DNA of 64,000 nt from an uncultured Gammaproteobacteria bacterium. GTDB lineage: Bacteria > Patescibacteriota > Patescibacteriia > JAHIZJ01. Within the stretch, counting starts at the first letter, position 1. Each line of letters begins with the position of its first letter. Below are positions 47,582-56,305 of the stretch, piece after piece. Under the pieces are notes generated by a model. The model saw nothing but the letters and a program-made list of their open reading frames with translations. It was not told the origin of the DNA and did not search any database. The stretch is taken from the NCBI GenBank assembly GCA_964594455.1, contig CAZQLY010000002.1, positions 3,819 to 67,818 on the forward strand. The letters run 5' to 3'. The translations under genes and the position numbers were made by a program.

Positions 47582-48289
47582 ATGAATACAATAAATGATT
47601 GGGGCGATGTACTAGTGTCTTCATTGCAGGATATTTGGAGTGGTTTTATTAAGTTTTTGCCTAGCTTGTTAGGAGCATTAATAATACTAATTCTAGGTTG
47701 GTATATTGCACTTGTTGTTGAAAAAGTTGTTGTACGTCTTCTAAAAATCGTTTGGATTGATAATGCTTTGAAAAGAATTGGTATTAAAGATGGTTTTGAA
47801 AAAGCTGGTATAAAGCTGAATATAGCTAAGGCTGGCGGATTTCTAGTGAAGTGGTTTCTTTTCATAGTGTTTATTATTGCAGCTTCAGAAATTATAAACT
47901 TGGGTCAAGTAACTGAGTTTTTAAATGGTGTTGTAGCTTATATTCCAAACGTAATAGTAGCTGTGATAATATTGTTGTTGGGTGTGGTATTTGCTAATTT
48001 TGCCCATCAAGTGGTCAAAAAAGCAGTTGAAGCAGCTGATCTGCTATCGGCAAACTTCTTAGCTAGTGTAGCCAAATGGGCTATACTAGTGTTCAGTATT
48101 CTAGCAGCATTAGTACAACTAAAAGTTGCAGCAAATCTCTTACAAATTCTGTTTACAGGATTTGTCGCGATGATTGCCTTAGCAGGCGGTTTATCGTTTG
48201 GATTAGGTGGACGTGAAAAAGCCAGAGAAGTATTAGATAAGATGAGTCGTGATTTATCTGATCGAAGTAGAAATAGAGAAGAAAATTAG
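47582..48289 (+). CDS. TM-helix repeat membrane protein (CmpX/MscS TM-like)
   Basis: FLPSLLGALIIL, YIPNVIVAVIILLLG, GLSFGLGGRE. Confidence 0.75.
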   Translation: MNTINDWGDVLVSSLQDIWSGFIKFLPSLLGALIILILGWYIALVVEKVVVRLLKIVWIDNALKRIGIKDGFEKAGIKLNIAKAGGFLVKWFLFIVFIIAASEIINLGQVTEFLNGVVAYIPNVIVAVIILLLGVVFANFAHQVVKKAVEAADLLSANFLASVAKWAILVFSILAALVQLKVAANLLQILFTGFVAMIALAGGLSFGLGGREKAREVLDKMSRDLSDRSRNREEN

Positions 48290-48301
48290 TCTAGACTAAT
48301 A

Positions 48302-48335
48302 ACAAAAGCAGCCTAGTAGTGTAGGCTGTTTTTGT
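48302..48335 (+). terminator. Intrinsic terminator
   Basis: ACAAAAGCAGCCTA..TAGGCTGTTTTTGT. Confidence 0.65.
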
Positions 48336-48338
48336 ATT

Positions 48339-48488
48339 AAATAAAGCCTACGTTGGGGGGCGGTAACGCAGGCTGAATAAGTTATCGACCTTAGCGATCA
48401 AGATTGCGTTCCCACCGAAGTGGAAGATTCATGACCGCCAGTATCCGCCAGCTTGGTAAATACTCCCCCAAGCTGGATTTTGAACGAA
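48339..48488 (-). ncRNA. Candidate ~150-nt structured RNA with its own promoter and terminator
   Basis: TTGACA-17-TAAAGT (48495-48523); hairpins CCAGCTTGG/CCAAGCTGG, TTCCAC-TTCG-GTGGGA, terminal AGCCTGCGTT/AACGTAGGCT plus TTATTT. Confidence 0.45.
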
Positions 48489-48541
48489 CAGTGCACTTTA
48501 TATCAAAAAAAGACTCTTGTCAAAAGTCATTATAAAAAAAT

Positions 48542-48557
48542 TGTTCCACGTGAAACA
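48542..48557. promoter_or_regulatory. parS: parS site 3
   Basis: TGTTCCACGTGAAACA matches TGTTNCACGTGAAACA exactly. Confidence 0.8.
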
Positions 48558-48560
48558 TTA

Positions 48561-48697
48561 TGGTGGACCAGGTCATTTGTAAATGACGTGGTGGACCCGA
48601 GGGGAGTCTCCGCCAGAGGCGCCTGCCTGCCGGCAAGGCGGGATCGGCCCTACTTAATTGTTCTAATATATGGTGGCGGAGAACACCAGCATTGAAC
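48561..48697 (-). repeat. tRNA 3'-end fragments with nested hairpin inserts downstream of tRNA-Ala(GGC)
   Basis: Minus strand GGTGTTC[TCCGCC..GGCGGA, 48609-48680]GACTCCCCTCGGGTCCACCA, then a second GGTCCACCA at 48561-48569. Confidence 0.7.
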
Positions 48698-48773
48698 TGG
48701 TGGAGATGAGGGGACTCGAACCCCTAACCCCTTCCATGCCATGGAAGTGCTCTACCAATTGAGCCACATCCCC
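48698..48773 (-). tRNA. tRNA-Ala(GGC)
   Basis: GGGGATG/CATCTCC with G3:U70, CTTCC-ATGGCAT-GGAAG, TTCGAGT, CCA. Confidence 0.95.
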
Positions 48774-48812
48774 ACGTATATTTGATTATAACTAAGTTAT
48801 TCAGAAAAGCAA

Positions 48813-49562
48813 TTATTTTTTACTAGGTTTGTATGGAGTAGCAGCTGACCAGGCCAAATTCCAGAGCTGCCGAAATGAATCGACTATTGGTTGGCTTTCG
48901 ATTATTAATCCATGAGGGTCGTCTCCAAAAGCAGCAAAAGATAATTTATTATCAAACAAAGCAGAATCAATTTTTATTGGAACGTCCTTAGGAAAAAATC
49001 TTATTTCATATCCTGGTCGGAATATTTTTTTAGCGTAAGCTTTATCTTCCGGTGTATCAGATAATAGATCAAAGGTTTTCTGTTTCTTATTGCTCAAAAC
49101 ATTTTCCGACCATTTAACGAAGTCAATATTTTTTTGGCCAATCTCTTTGATTGATCCCCAGAATCGGATTTCTCGGCTAGCAAATACTTCATTATAAATT
49201 GAGATCAATCCTTCATCACCTTCAAAGAATCTGATCGCGGGTTTTTTTGATTTGCGATTGTTAATTGCTTGTAAAAGAGGAAGGACTGTTTTCAAAGCCC
49301 GTTCTTGTTTGGCTACGAGGCCAAAAAGTTTTTTTGGTTCTTCAGCGCCGTATAAAGTTTTTTTACCTTTGATGACGGAATTAACTAATCCTTTTTCTTG
49401 TAAAGAATCCAAAATTAAATAGACGGTCGGTCTTTTAAGGCCAGCTTTTTTTGCTACACGTGAAACAGTATCTTGCCCTAGCTCCAAACAAGCCAAATAA
49501 ACAGCTGACTCCTTTTCGTTTAAGCCAATTGATTTAAGAGATGATTCTATTTCGAACGTCAT
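48813..49562 (-). CDS. TrmB-family transcriptional regulator
   Basis: IGLNEKESAVYLACLELG..GLKRPTVYLILDSLQEKGLV HTH; FFEGDEG; F..LW C-terminus. Confidence 0.88.
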   Translation of the reverse strand: MTFEIESSLKSIGLNEKESAVYLACLELGQDTVSRVAKKAGLKRPTVYLILDSLQEKGLVNSVIKGKKTLYGAEEPKKLFGLVAKQERALKTVLPLLQAINNRKSKKPAIRFFEGDEGLISIYNEVFASREIRFWGSIKEIGQKNIDFVKWSENVLSNKKQKTFDLLSDTPEDKAYAKKIFRPGYEIRFFPKDVPIKIDSALFDNKLSFAAFGDDPHGLIIESQPIVDSFRQLWNLAWSAATPYKPSKK

Positions 49563-49591
49563 ATATTAAGTATATATCATTTTGTAAATAG

Positions 49592-49684
49592 TGTCAATAA
49601 TAATGACAACAATTATACTATATATGATAAAAAACCTTTTAAATAAGCAAAATAATGAAAAAACAAATGTCATCATCATTGACA
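49592..49684. promoter_or_regulatory. Two TGTCA-N7-TGACA operators overlapping the -35 boxes of divergent promoters
   Basis: 49592-49608 and 49668-49684; promoters TTGACA-17-TATACT (minus) and TTGACA-17-TAATAT (plus). Confidence 0.65.
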
Positions 49685-49738
49685 TGAATAAAATAATACG
49701 ATAATATACCCTGTCATTAAATATTGAGATGTAATTTT

Positions 49739-51169
49739 ATGGAAAAAATATTAATGGGATTGGGCACTAGCCCGGGCATAGTAAAAGGAAAAGTAAAAAT
49801 CGTTAAAGACGCCAAGAAACCAATTGATTTTGATGCAGGTGATATTCTGGTTACCCGCATCACTGATCCAACTATGATAATGATGATGAATAAGGCTGGA
49901 GCAATAGTTTGTGAGATTGGAGGTATTGCTTCTCATCCGTCGATTGTCAGTCGCGAGATGGGCATTCCTTGCGTAGTGGGGGTTGGCGGTGCGATGAAAA
50001 AGCTCAACGATGGAATGATGGTTGAAGTAGATGGTACGAAGGGGTTTGTTAGAGTTATTGAAGACAATAAAAGTAAAAATTATCCCAAATGGATTGATCA
50101 ATATACCAGATCAGTATATCGCCTTTACCAAGGTATGGACTTCCGTACGCTGGAACCGCTCGACGTCTTTCATTTTCATCCTTTATATAGTGATCTTTGG
50201 ATAGAAAGATTTATTAAAATTTTTGATAAGTTTAAACAGCTAAAATATTCTGTTAAAGACAAAATTAATTATTTCCCTGTCCCGTCTTCTATCAGAGCTA
50301 TGCTCTATTTCTTGATCCAACACCAAGAAAACTGTCGTCGACAAAAAATTAATTTTAATAAAGAAGGCTACAAGAAGGTTTTAGATTTTTGGCTAGAGGC
50401 TTTGAAAATTAAAATGTTAGATGATACTTTTGCTCAAAATAAAAACATTGGTCATTCAGCCGAACAAATTAATGACATGATTGCCTTGTTGCCCTGGCAA
50501 AAAGGCGCACCCGCAGCGTCGAGTCAATTGGGCCGGCTTTACTTAGCCTGCTCCAACTTGGTTAATGGTCTGATGAATGATTGGTGTACGGATTTTGGAA
50601 TTGAAGTTTGGGGACCTTATGATGTTTCGAAGTATTATGGACCGAACAGCATTTTAGTTATTCGTGAATTTCCCAATTTAAAACCTGAATCGCTTTGGCT
50701 CCACGCCAGGCAGTATCCGTATCGCCGGATTTTGATTTACTCTGTTTATAAGAATGTCGAATTAGATATTCAATATATTGGTTGTCATACCGTGTTCAAA
50801 GGCGATCTCAAGAAAGGTCTGGTCAAGTATGCCGTGGTTGCGGACGGCCAAGCGATTAATGACCCGGCAGAACTGGAAAAGATTATCCAAACATATTTAT
50901 CTGCAGCTCAGGAACAATACGTTTTGATAAAAAAGATGGATTTCGAAAATTTGAAACAGAAGATACTGGATCAAGAACACTACCAACTGTTTAATTTGTC
51001 TAAACTGGTTGGTATTGACTGGCTGCCAGATAAAACTATTAAAAGCCAGGTACGGGGCAAGCAGTTATTAAAAGACTTCTATCCTTTATCATATCCAGAT
51101 GATATTTCATTAGCAGAAGTATCTAGAATATTTGGCATTGATAGTTTAAAAAAACTGTATCAGGCTTAG
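49739..51169 (+). CDS. PEP-utilising enzyme mobile (phosphohistidine) domain fused to an unknown ~365-aa domain
   Basis: GDILVTRITDP..GGIASHPSIVSREMGIPCVVG..VEVDGTKG. Confidence 0.8.
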   Translation: MEKILMGLGTSPGIVKGKVKIVKDAKKPIDFDAGDILVTRITDPTMIMMMNKAGAIVCEIGGIASHPSIVSREMGIPCVVGVGGAMKKLNDGMMVEVDGTKGFVRVIEDNKSKNYPKWIDQYTRSVYRLYQGMDFRTLEPLDVFHFHPLYSDLWIERFIKIFDKFKQLKYSVKDKINYFPVPSSIRAMLYFLIQHQENCRRQKINFNKEGYKKVLDFWLEALKIKMLDDTFAQNKNIGHSAEQINDMIALLPWQKGAPAASSQLGRLYLACSNLVNGLMNDWCTDFGIEVWGPYDVSKYYGPNSILVIREFPNLKPESLWLHARQYPYRRILIYSVYKNVELDIQYIGCHTVFKGDLKKGLVKYAVVADGQAINDPAELEKIIQTYLSAAQEQYVLIKKMDFENLKQKILDQEHYQLFNLSKLVGIDWLPDKTIKSQVRGKQLLKDFYPLSYPDDISLAEVSRIFGIDSLKKLYQA

Positions 51170-51245
51170 TTGACTATATTTGTGTTTTTGTTAAGCTGAG
51201 CCTGAAACTTTTAACCGCAACCTTAACCTTAGCTGAGGAGGTAAT

Positions 51246-51494
51246 ATGGCTAAGGGTGTAGAGTCGAGGGTCAGGAGGGTTATTGTTGAACAGCTAGGTG
51301 TAGAACGCCAGAGGGTAACCCTTGAGGCCGACATCTTCAATGATCTGGGCGCTGACTCGCTTGATGGGGTAGAGATTCTCATGGCTCTCGAGGATGAGTT
51401 TGGCATCGAGATGCCCGACGATGAGGCTGAGGACCTAAGGACTGTTAGACTGATTGTCTGTGATATCCAAAAGAGGGTTGCTAGGAAGAGCTGA
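51246..51494 (+). CDS. acpP: Acyl carrier protein
   Basis: [26 protein letters not shown]; GAGGAGG SD. Confidence 0.9.
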   Translation: MAKGVESRVRRVIVEQLGVERQRVTLEADIFNDLGADSLDGVEILMALEDEFGIEMPDDEAEDLRTVRLIVCDIQKRVARKS

Positions 51495-51604
51495 TTCCAT
51501 ATAACGCTTAACCGGGGATACTGGTGAGCGTTCTTTTTTTAACTAGACTTTTCTGACCGACTATTTTACAATAAAGAAACGTTTATCATTAATTATGAAA
51601 CAAT

Positions 51605-51928
51605 ATGGCTGAAGCAACTCTAACCGATCAAAACTTCGAAAAAGAAGTGCTCCAGGAAAAAACTCTCCCGGTATTAGTAGATTTTTGGGCTACCTGGTGT
51701 GGCCCCTGTAAGGCCTTAGCTCCGGTGATTGAAGAATTAGCCAAAGAGCAGGAAGGTAAGGTAAAGGTAGGAAAATTGGAAGTTGATCAAAATCCCCAAA
51801 CAGCCGGCAAATTCAACATCATGAGCATTCCCACGCTGGCCGTCTTTGTAAACGGTGAGCTGAAAAAGCAGATGGTTGGCCTGCAAACCAAAGAAAAAAT
51901 ATTGGAGGGTTTGAAAGATATTAAATAA
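51605..51928 (+). CDS. trxA: Thioredoxin
   Basis: VDFWATWCGPCK, IMSIPT. Confidence 0.96.
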   Translation: MAEATLTDQNFEKEVLQEKTLPVLVDFWATWCGPCKALAPVIEELAKEQEGKVKVGKLEVDQNPQTAGKFNIMSIPTLAVFVNGELKKQMVGLQTKEKILEGLKDIK

Positions 51929-52002
51929 AAGCATCTTAAGCACGCTAGACATCGTCATAGTTATTGGCGTTGTGAGAGTGTGTTTGGTTGATGCAAAAAT
52001 AC

Positions 52003-53193
52003 ATGCAGTTATCAAAACGCAGCCAGAAAATAGGTGACTCGCCTTTACGACTATTAAACGGTTTAGTCACTGAGGTTGAACAAAAGGGAATAAAGGTTCA
52101 CCGTCTTAATATAGGAGAGCCCGATGAGCAGCCTCCGGCTGAGGTTTTACAGTATTTTAAAAATATTGATCAGAAAAAAATTCCCTATGGTCCGTCATCC
52201 GGGTTGGATGAATTGAGAAAAGCCTGGTCAGAATATTTGGCTGGTTTGGGAGAGAAGGTTGATTATGAGAATATAATAATCACTACTGGAGCCAGCGAAG
52301 CTCTTCTGTTTTCTTTGACAGCCGTGGCTGATCCAGGAGATGAAGTGGTTATCTTTGAACCTTTCTATCCTAATTTTGCTTCGTTAGCAAAGATTCTTGG
52401 GATTGAATTAAAGGCTATCCCTTTTGAGCGGAACTCCGGTAGACTAATCCTGCCTTCAAGTGAAACTATAAAAAATGTAATCTCATCCCGGACTCGTGCT
52501 ATCCTGGTTGATAATCCCTCTAATCCAACTGGGGTTGTTTATTCAAAAGAAGAGCTTATCAGACTGTCTGACATTGCTCAGGAAAATAATTTGGCTTTGA
52601 TCGTTGACGAAGTTTACCGGGAGCTGGTTTATCAACGGTCTCATTTCAGCGTCCTTTCTTTGACGGAGTACAGTGATCGAATAATTGTTACAGACAGCAT
52701 TTCAAAAAGATTCAGCTTATGCGGTTTACGATTGGGCTGTGTTATTAGTCGCAATGAAGAAATTATTAAGACAATAGGCCGTTTTGCCCAGAGCCGTTTA
52801 TCAGCACCATTACTAAGCCAGGAATCAATCATACCCACTCTAAAGAATGCAGATGAATATATCAAATCGCTGAAAGAATCATTTGCTGAAAAACGCGAGA
52901 TAGTAAAAGATGGTTTATCCGGTTTAGATAAAGTAGAGGTTATTATTCCGGGTGGTGCTTTTTACGCCTTTATAAAAGCGCCTATTAGAAATAGTGAAGA
53001 TTTTGCGCGCTGGTTATTGACTGAATTTTCTTACGAAAGCCAGACTGTATTAGTGGCCCCCGGAACTGGTTTTTATCTCCAGCGCGAGTCGGGGCTTCAA
53101 GAGTTCCGAATAGCGTTTGTTCCCAGTGCGGAAGACCTAAAAAACGCGGTGGAAGTTTTGAGAAAAGGTTTGGAAGAGTATATAACTACATAA
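52003..53193 (+). CDS. PLP-dependent aminotransferase class I/II (aspartate aminotransferase-like)
   Basis: LNIGEPD, NPSNPTG, DEVY, SISKRFSLCGLRLG. Confidence 0.9.
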   Translation: MQLSKRSQKIGDSPLRLLNGLVTEVEQKGIKVHRLNIGEPDEQPPAEVLQYFKNIDQKKIPYGPSSGLDELRKAWSEYLAGLGEKVDYENIIITTGASEALLFSLTAVADPGDEVVIFEPFYPNFASLAKILGIELKAIPFERNSGRLILPSSETIKNVISSRTRAILVDNPSNPTGVVYSKEELIRLSDIAQENNLALIVDEVYRELVYQRSHFSVLSLTEYSDRIIVTDSISKRFSLCGLRLGCVISRNEEIIKTIGRFAQSRLSAPLLSQESIIPTLKNADEYIKSLKESFAEKREIVKDGLSGLDKVEVIIPGGAFYAFIKAPIRNSEDFARWLLTEFSYESQTVLVAPGTGFYLQRESGLQEFRIAFVPSAEDLKNAVEVLRKGLEEYITT

Positions 53194-53204
53194 TATATAA
53201 ATAT

Positions 53205-54449
53205 ATGGCAAAAGCTAACCCATTTCAGAATGCCTTAAGGCAGTTGGAAAGAGCTGCCAAGGTAATCAATTTAAATAAAGATGTTTGGAATATATTAAAA
53301 ACCCCGATCCGTACTTTGCAGATTTCTATACCCGTGGTGATGGATGATGGCAAGGTAAAAGTATTTCATGGTTACAGAGTTCAGCATAATGATTCGCGTG
53401 GACCAACCAAAGGCGGTATCAGATATCATCCCGAAGCAGATATAAATGAAGTTAAGGCTCTGGCCATGCTGATGACTTGGAAATGCGCCTTGATGAATAT
53501 ACCTTATGGTGGAGCCAAAGGAGGTATAGTAGTTGATCCCAGAAAACTCAGTCACGGTGAGCTAGAAAGACTCACCCGTGGTTATGTTAGAGGTTTAAAC
53601 GGTTTTATTGGACCTAACCGTGATATTCCGGCACCAGATGTTTATACTAATCCTCAAATTATGGCTTGGATCATGGACGAAGCTAGTCGTATGACAGGAT
53701 ATAATGTTCCGGGAGTCGTTACGGGTAAACCAGTTGAAGTTGGCGGTAGTGTTGGCCGACAGTATGCTACGGCCCAGGGCGGTATTTATGTACTACAAGA
53801 AGTGTGCGGCTTGAAAGGAGTCAAATGCGATCGTTCCAGCCGAGTTGTCGTCCAAGGATTTGGCAACGCTGGAAGCTATGTGGCCAAGATGCTGCATCAG
53901 ATGAAATTCAAGATAGTGGGTTTGTCTGATTCTAAGGGCGCTATTTATGATCCCAAAGGTTTGGATCCAGCTCAAGTAGAAGCACATAAGGATGAAACTG
54001 GTTCAGTGGCGGGATATCCGGGCAGCAAGAAGTTAAGTAACAAACAATTACTAGAACAATCGTGTGATATTTTGATACCGGCCGCTCTTGATAATCAAAT
54101 CACTAGCCAAAACGCTAATCGAATTAAAGCCAAGATAATTTTGGAATTAGCCAATGGAGCAGTAACACCAGAAGCCGACGATAAACTAAACAAGAAAAAA
54201 GTGTTGGTGATCCCGGACACCCTTTCCAATGCTGGCGGCGTTACCGTATCTTATTTTGAATGGGTTCAAAATATGCAGCAGTTTTATTGGGAGGAAGAGG
54301 AAGTGTTAGAGCGATTAAAGAATATTATGCGCCGAGCCTTTCAGCAAACTTATGAAACCGCCGAATTGCATAAAGTGGATTTGAGAATGGGAGCCTATAT
54401 ATTAGCTGTTAGCAGGGTGGCTGAAGCAATTAAATTAAGGGGCTATTAA
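53205..54449 (+). CDS. gdhA: Glu/Leu/Phe/Val dehydrogenase (glutamate dehydrogenase)
   Basis: GPTKGGIRYHP, GGAKGG, DIPAPDV, QGFGNAG, NAGGVTVSYFEWVQN. Confidence 0.93.
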   Translation: MAKANPFQNALRQLERAAKVINLNKDVWNILKTPIRTLQISIPVVMDDGKVKVFHGYRVQHNDSRGPTKGGIRYHPEADINEVKALAMLMTWKCALMNIPYGGAKGGIVVDPRKLSHGELERLTRGYVRGLNGFIGPNRDIPAPDVYTNPQIMAWIMDEASRMTGYNVPGVVTGKPVEVGGSVGRQYATAQGGIYVLQEVCGLKGVKCDRSSRVVVQGFGNAGSYVAKMLHQMKFKIVGLSDSKGAIYDPKGLDPAQVEAHKDETGSVAGYPGSKKLSNKQLLEQSCDILIPAALDNQITSQNANRIKAKIILELANGAVTPEADDKLNKKKVLVIPDTLSNAGGVTVSYFEWVQNMQQFYWEEEEVLERLKNIMRRAFQQTYETAELHKVDLRMGAYILAVSRVAEAIKLRGY

Positions 54450-54591
54450 GACAGAGACATCGAATAAATTACAAGCGGGTTCAAAACGAGCCCTCTTGTT
54501 TTAAACTTGCAAAAAAAGCGTATGAGGGCGTAAGATAGTTATCACGAAGTTCTTTTTATGATCGCAGAAGGACAGTAAGAGGAGGAGATGT

Positions 54592-55584
54592 ATGGAAGTT
54601 ACAGAAAGACTGAGCCTCTTGGAATTCCTGGCCGACGAACAATTAGCCAGCCAGGGAACAGGACGGTTTACCTCTGTGTTGATGAGCCTAATAACCGGAT
54701 GTGGTTTCGTCCACCGGCAAGTGAATGGGATTAGCTTGGGCAGAACTTGTGTGGCTACGGATCGGACCAACGTGCAAGGAGAAAGGGTCCACGCTCTAGA
54801 TGATTTGGCTAATACCACCCTGATACGCAATCTGCGTAGCTGTTCTGAGGTGGCGGGTATGGCCTCTGAAGAAGAGGAGGATGTTGTCCAAGGCAATGCC
54901 GGCGGGCGGTATCTGCTTACATTCGATCCGATGGATGGAGTGTCGAATATCGAGGTGAGCGTGGGCGTTGGAACCATCTTCAGCATCTTACTCCGACGCT
55001 TACAGTGTTGCCCGGTCAGCGCTGAGGAATTCTTCCAGCCGGGACGCAATATCCTGGCCGCCGGCTATGTTCTATACGGATCTAACACCAAACTGGTGAT
55101 CACCTTTGGTAACGGTGTTCATGAGTTTACGTTTGATCCAGGGTCAGGCAACTTCCTGCTCACTCGGAAGAAGATCACGCTCCCGGATAGGTGCCGCTGG
55201 TTCTCGGTCAACGAAGGCTATGAAAGCCTTTGGGATCATCGAGTCAGATCGATCGTGTCTGATCTGAAGCAGCCGGTTGATGGAAGGGTAGTGCGTTCCG
55301 GTCGGCATATCGGTTCGCTGGTAGCCGATTTTCATCGCAACCTAATCGACGGTGGAGTGTTCCTCTATCCTGCCAACAGTAAGCACCAGAACGGCAAGCT
55401 GCGACTTCTTTATGAAGCGAATCCTTTGGCTTTTGTCGTCGAACAGGCCGGTGGGTCTGCCAGCACTGGCCGAGGGAATGTTCTGGATGCTGTCCCCAGC
55501 GCACTGCATCAGAGAACACCGCTCTACATCGGCAACACGCTTGAAGTAGAGAGAATTGAGAGGGTGTTGAGTGTACTCGATTGA
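54592..55584 (+). CDS. fbp: Fructose-1,6-bisphosphatase class 1
   Basis: SEEEE, FDPMDGVSN, GTIFSI, GSLVADFHRNL, GKLRLLYEANP; GAGGAGG SD. Confidence 0.92.
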   Translation: MEVTERLSLLEFLADEQLASQGTGRFTSVLMSLITGCGFVHRQVNGISLGRTCVATDRTNVQGERVHALDDLANTTLIRNLRSCSEVAGMASEEEEDVVQGNAGGRYLLTFDPMDGVSNIEVSVGVGTIFSILLRRLQCCPVSAEEFFQPGRNILAAGYVLYGSNTKLVITFGNGVHEFTFDPGSGNFLLTRKKITLPDRCRWFSVNEGYESLWDHRVRSIVSDLKQPVDGRVVRSGRHIGSLVADFHRNLIDGGVFLYPANSKHQNGKLRLLYEANPLAFVVEQAGGSASTGRGNVLDAVPSALHQRTPLYIGNTLEVERIERVLSVLD

Positions 55585-55655
55585 ACACACACAGGCTGAA
55601 CTGTCATAGTACAGGGAGGCCTGCTTTTTTTATTCAGATGGATTATAATGGAAGC

Positions 55656-56264
55656 ATGACTAAACCCACTTGGCGTGAAGAAAAAAAATTACATTCCCAA
55701 GGCTATAAACATATTACTGGCTTAGATGAAGCAGGTCGGGGAGCTTGGGCCGGACCGATTGTAGCAGCGGCTGTTATCTTACCTTTTAATATTTCCATTC
55801 CGGCTCTGCGTGATTCAAAAATGCTGACTCCAAAAAGACGTGAGAGCCTCTTGTCATTGATAATAAAAAAGTCAGTTGATTGGAGTGTGGGCATAGTTGA
55901 TCAAACCACGATTGATGATTTCGGAATCAATTTTGCCAATGAGTTAGCGATGCGCAAGGCTGTGGCCAGGTTAACAGTTAAACCCGATTATTTACTAATT
56001 GATGCTTTTAAGCTCAAGCATACTGAACCCAGCCATTCGATCATTGGCGGAGATAAGAAAGTGATGTCGATAGCTGCTGCTTCAATAATTGCCAAAGTGG
56101 TTCGAGATCAGATACTTTCGACCGACCATAAAAAATTTCCTCAGTATGATTTCTATATTCATAAAGGTTATGGCACCAAACATCATCTTAAAATGTTGAA
56201 GAAGCACGGTGTTAGCGATTATCATCGTAAGAGCTACAAACCCGTCAAAGCGCTCATTGCCTAA
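55656..56264 (+). CDS. rnhB: Ribonuclease HII
   Basis: GLDEAGRGAWAGP, DSKML, AAASIIAKV.RD, HKGYGT. Confidence 0.95.
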   Translation: MTKPTWREEKKLHSQGYKHITGLDEAGRGAWAGPIVAAAVILPFNISIPALRDSKMLTPKRRESLLSLIIKKSVDWSVGIVDQTTIDDFGINFANELAMRKAVARLTVKPDYLLIDAFKLKHTEPSHSIIGGDKKVMSIAAASIIAKVVRDQILSTDHKKFPQYDFYIHKGYGTKHHLKMLKKHGVSDYHRKSYKPVKALIA

Positions 56265-56305
56265 TTAAACTTTTTTTGGTATAATTAGATTACTAACAAA
56301 GAAAT

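Noticed and set aside
48589-48608. tmRNA gene
   Set aside because: Only an Ala-like 3' end is present, with no matching 5' end or tag reading frame nearby.
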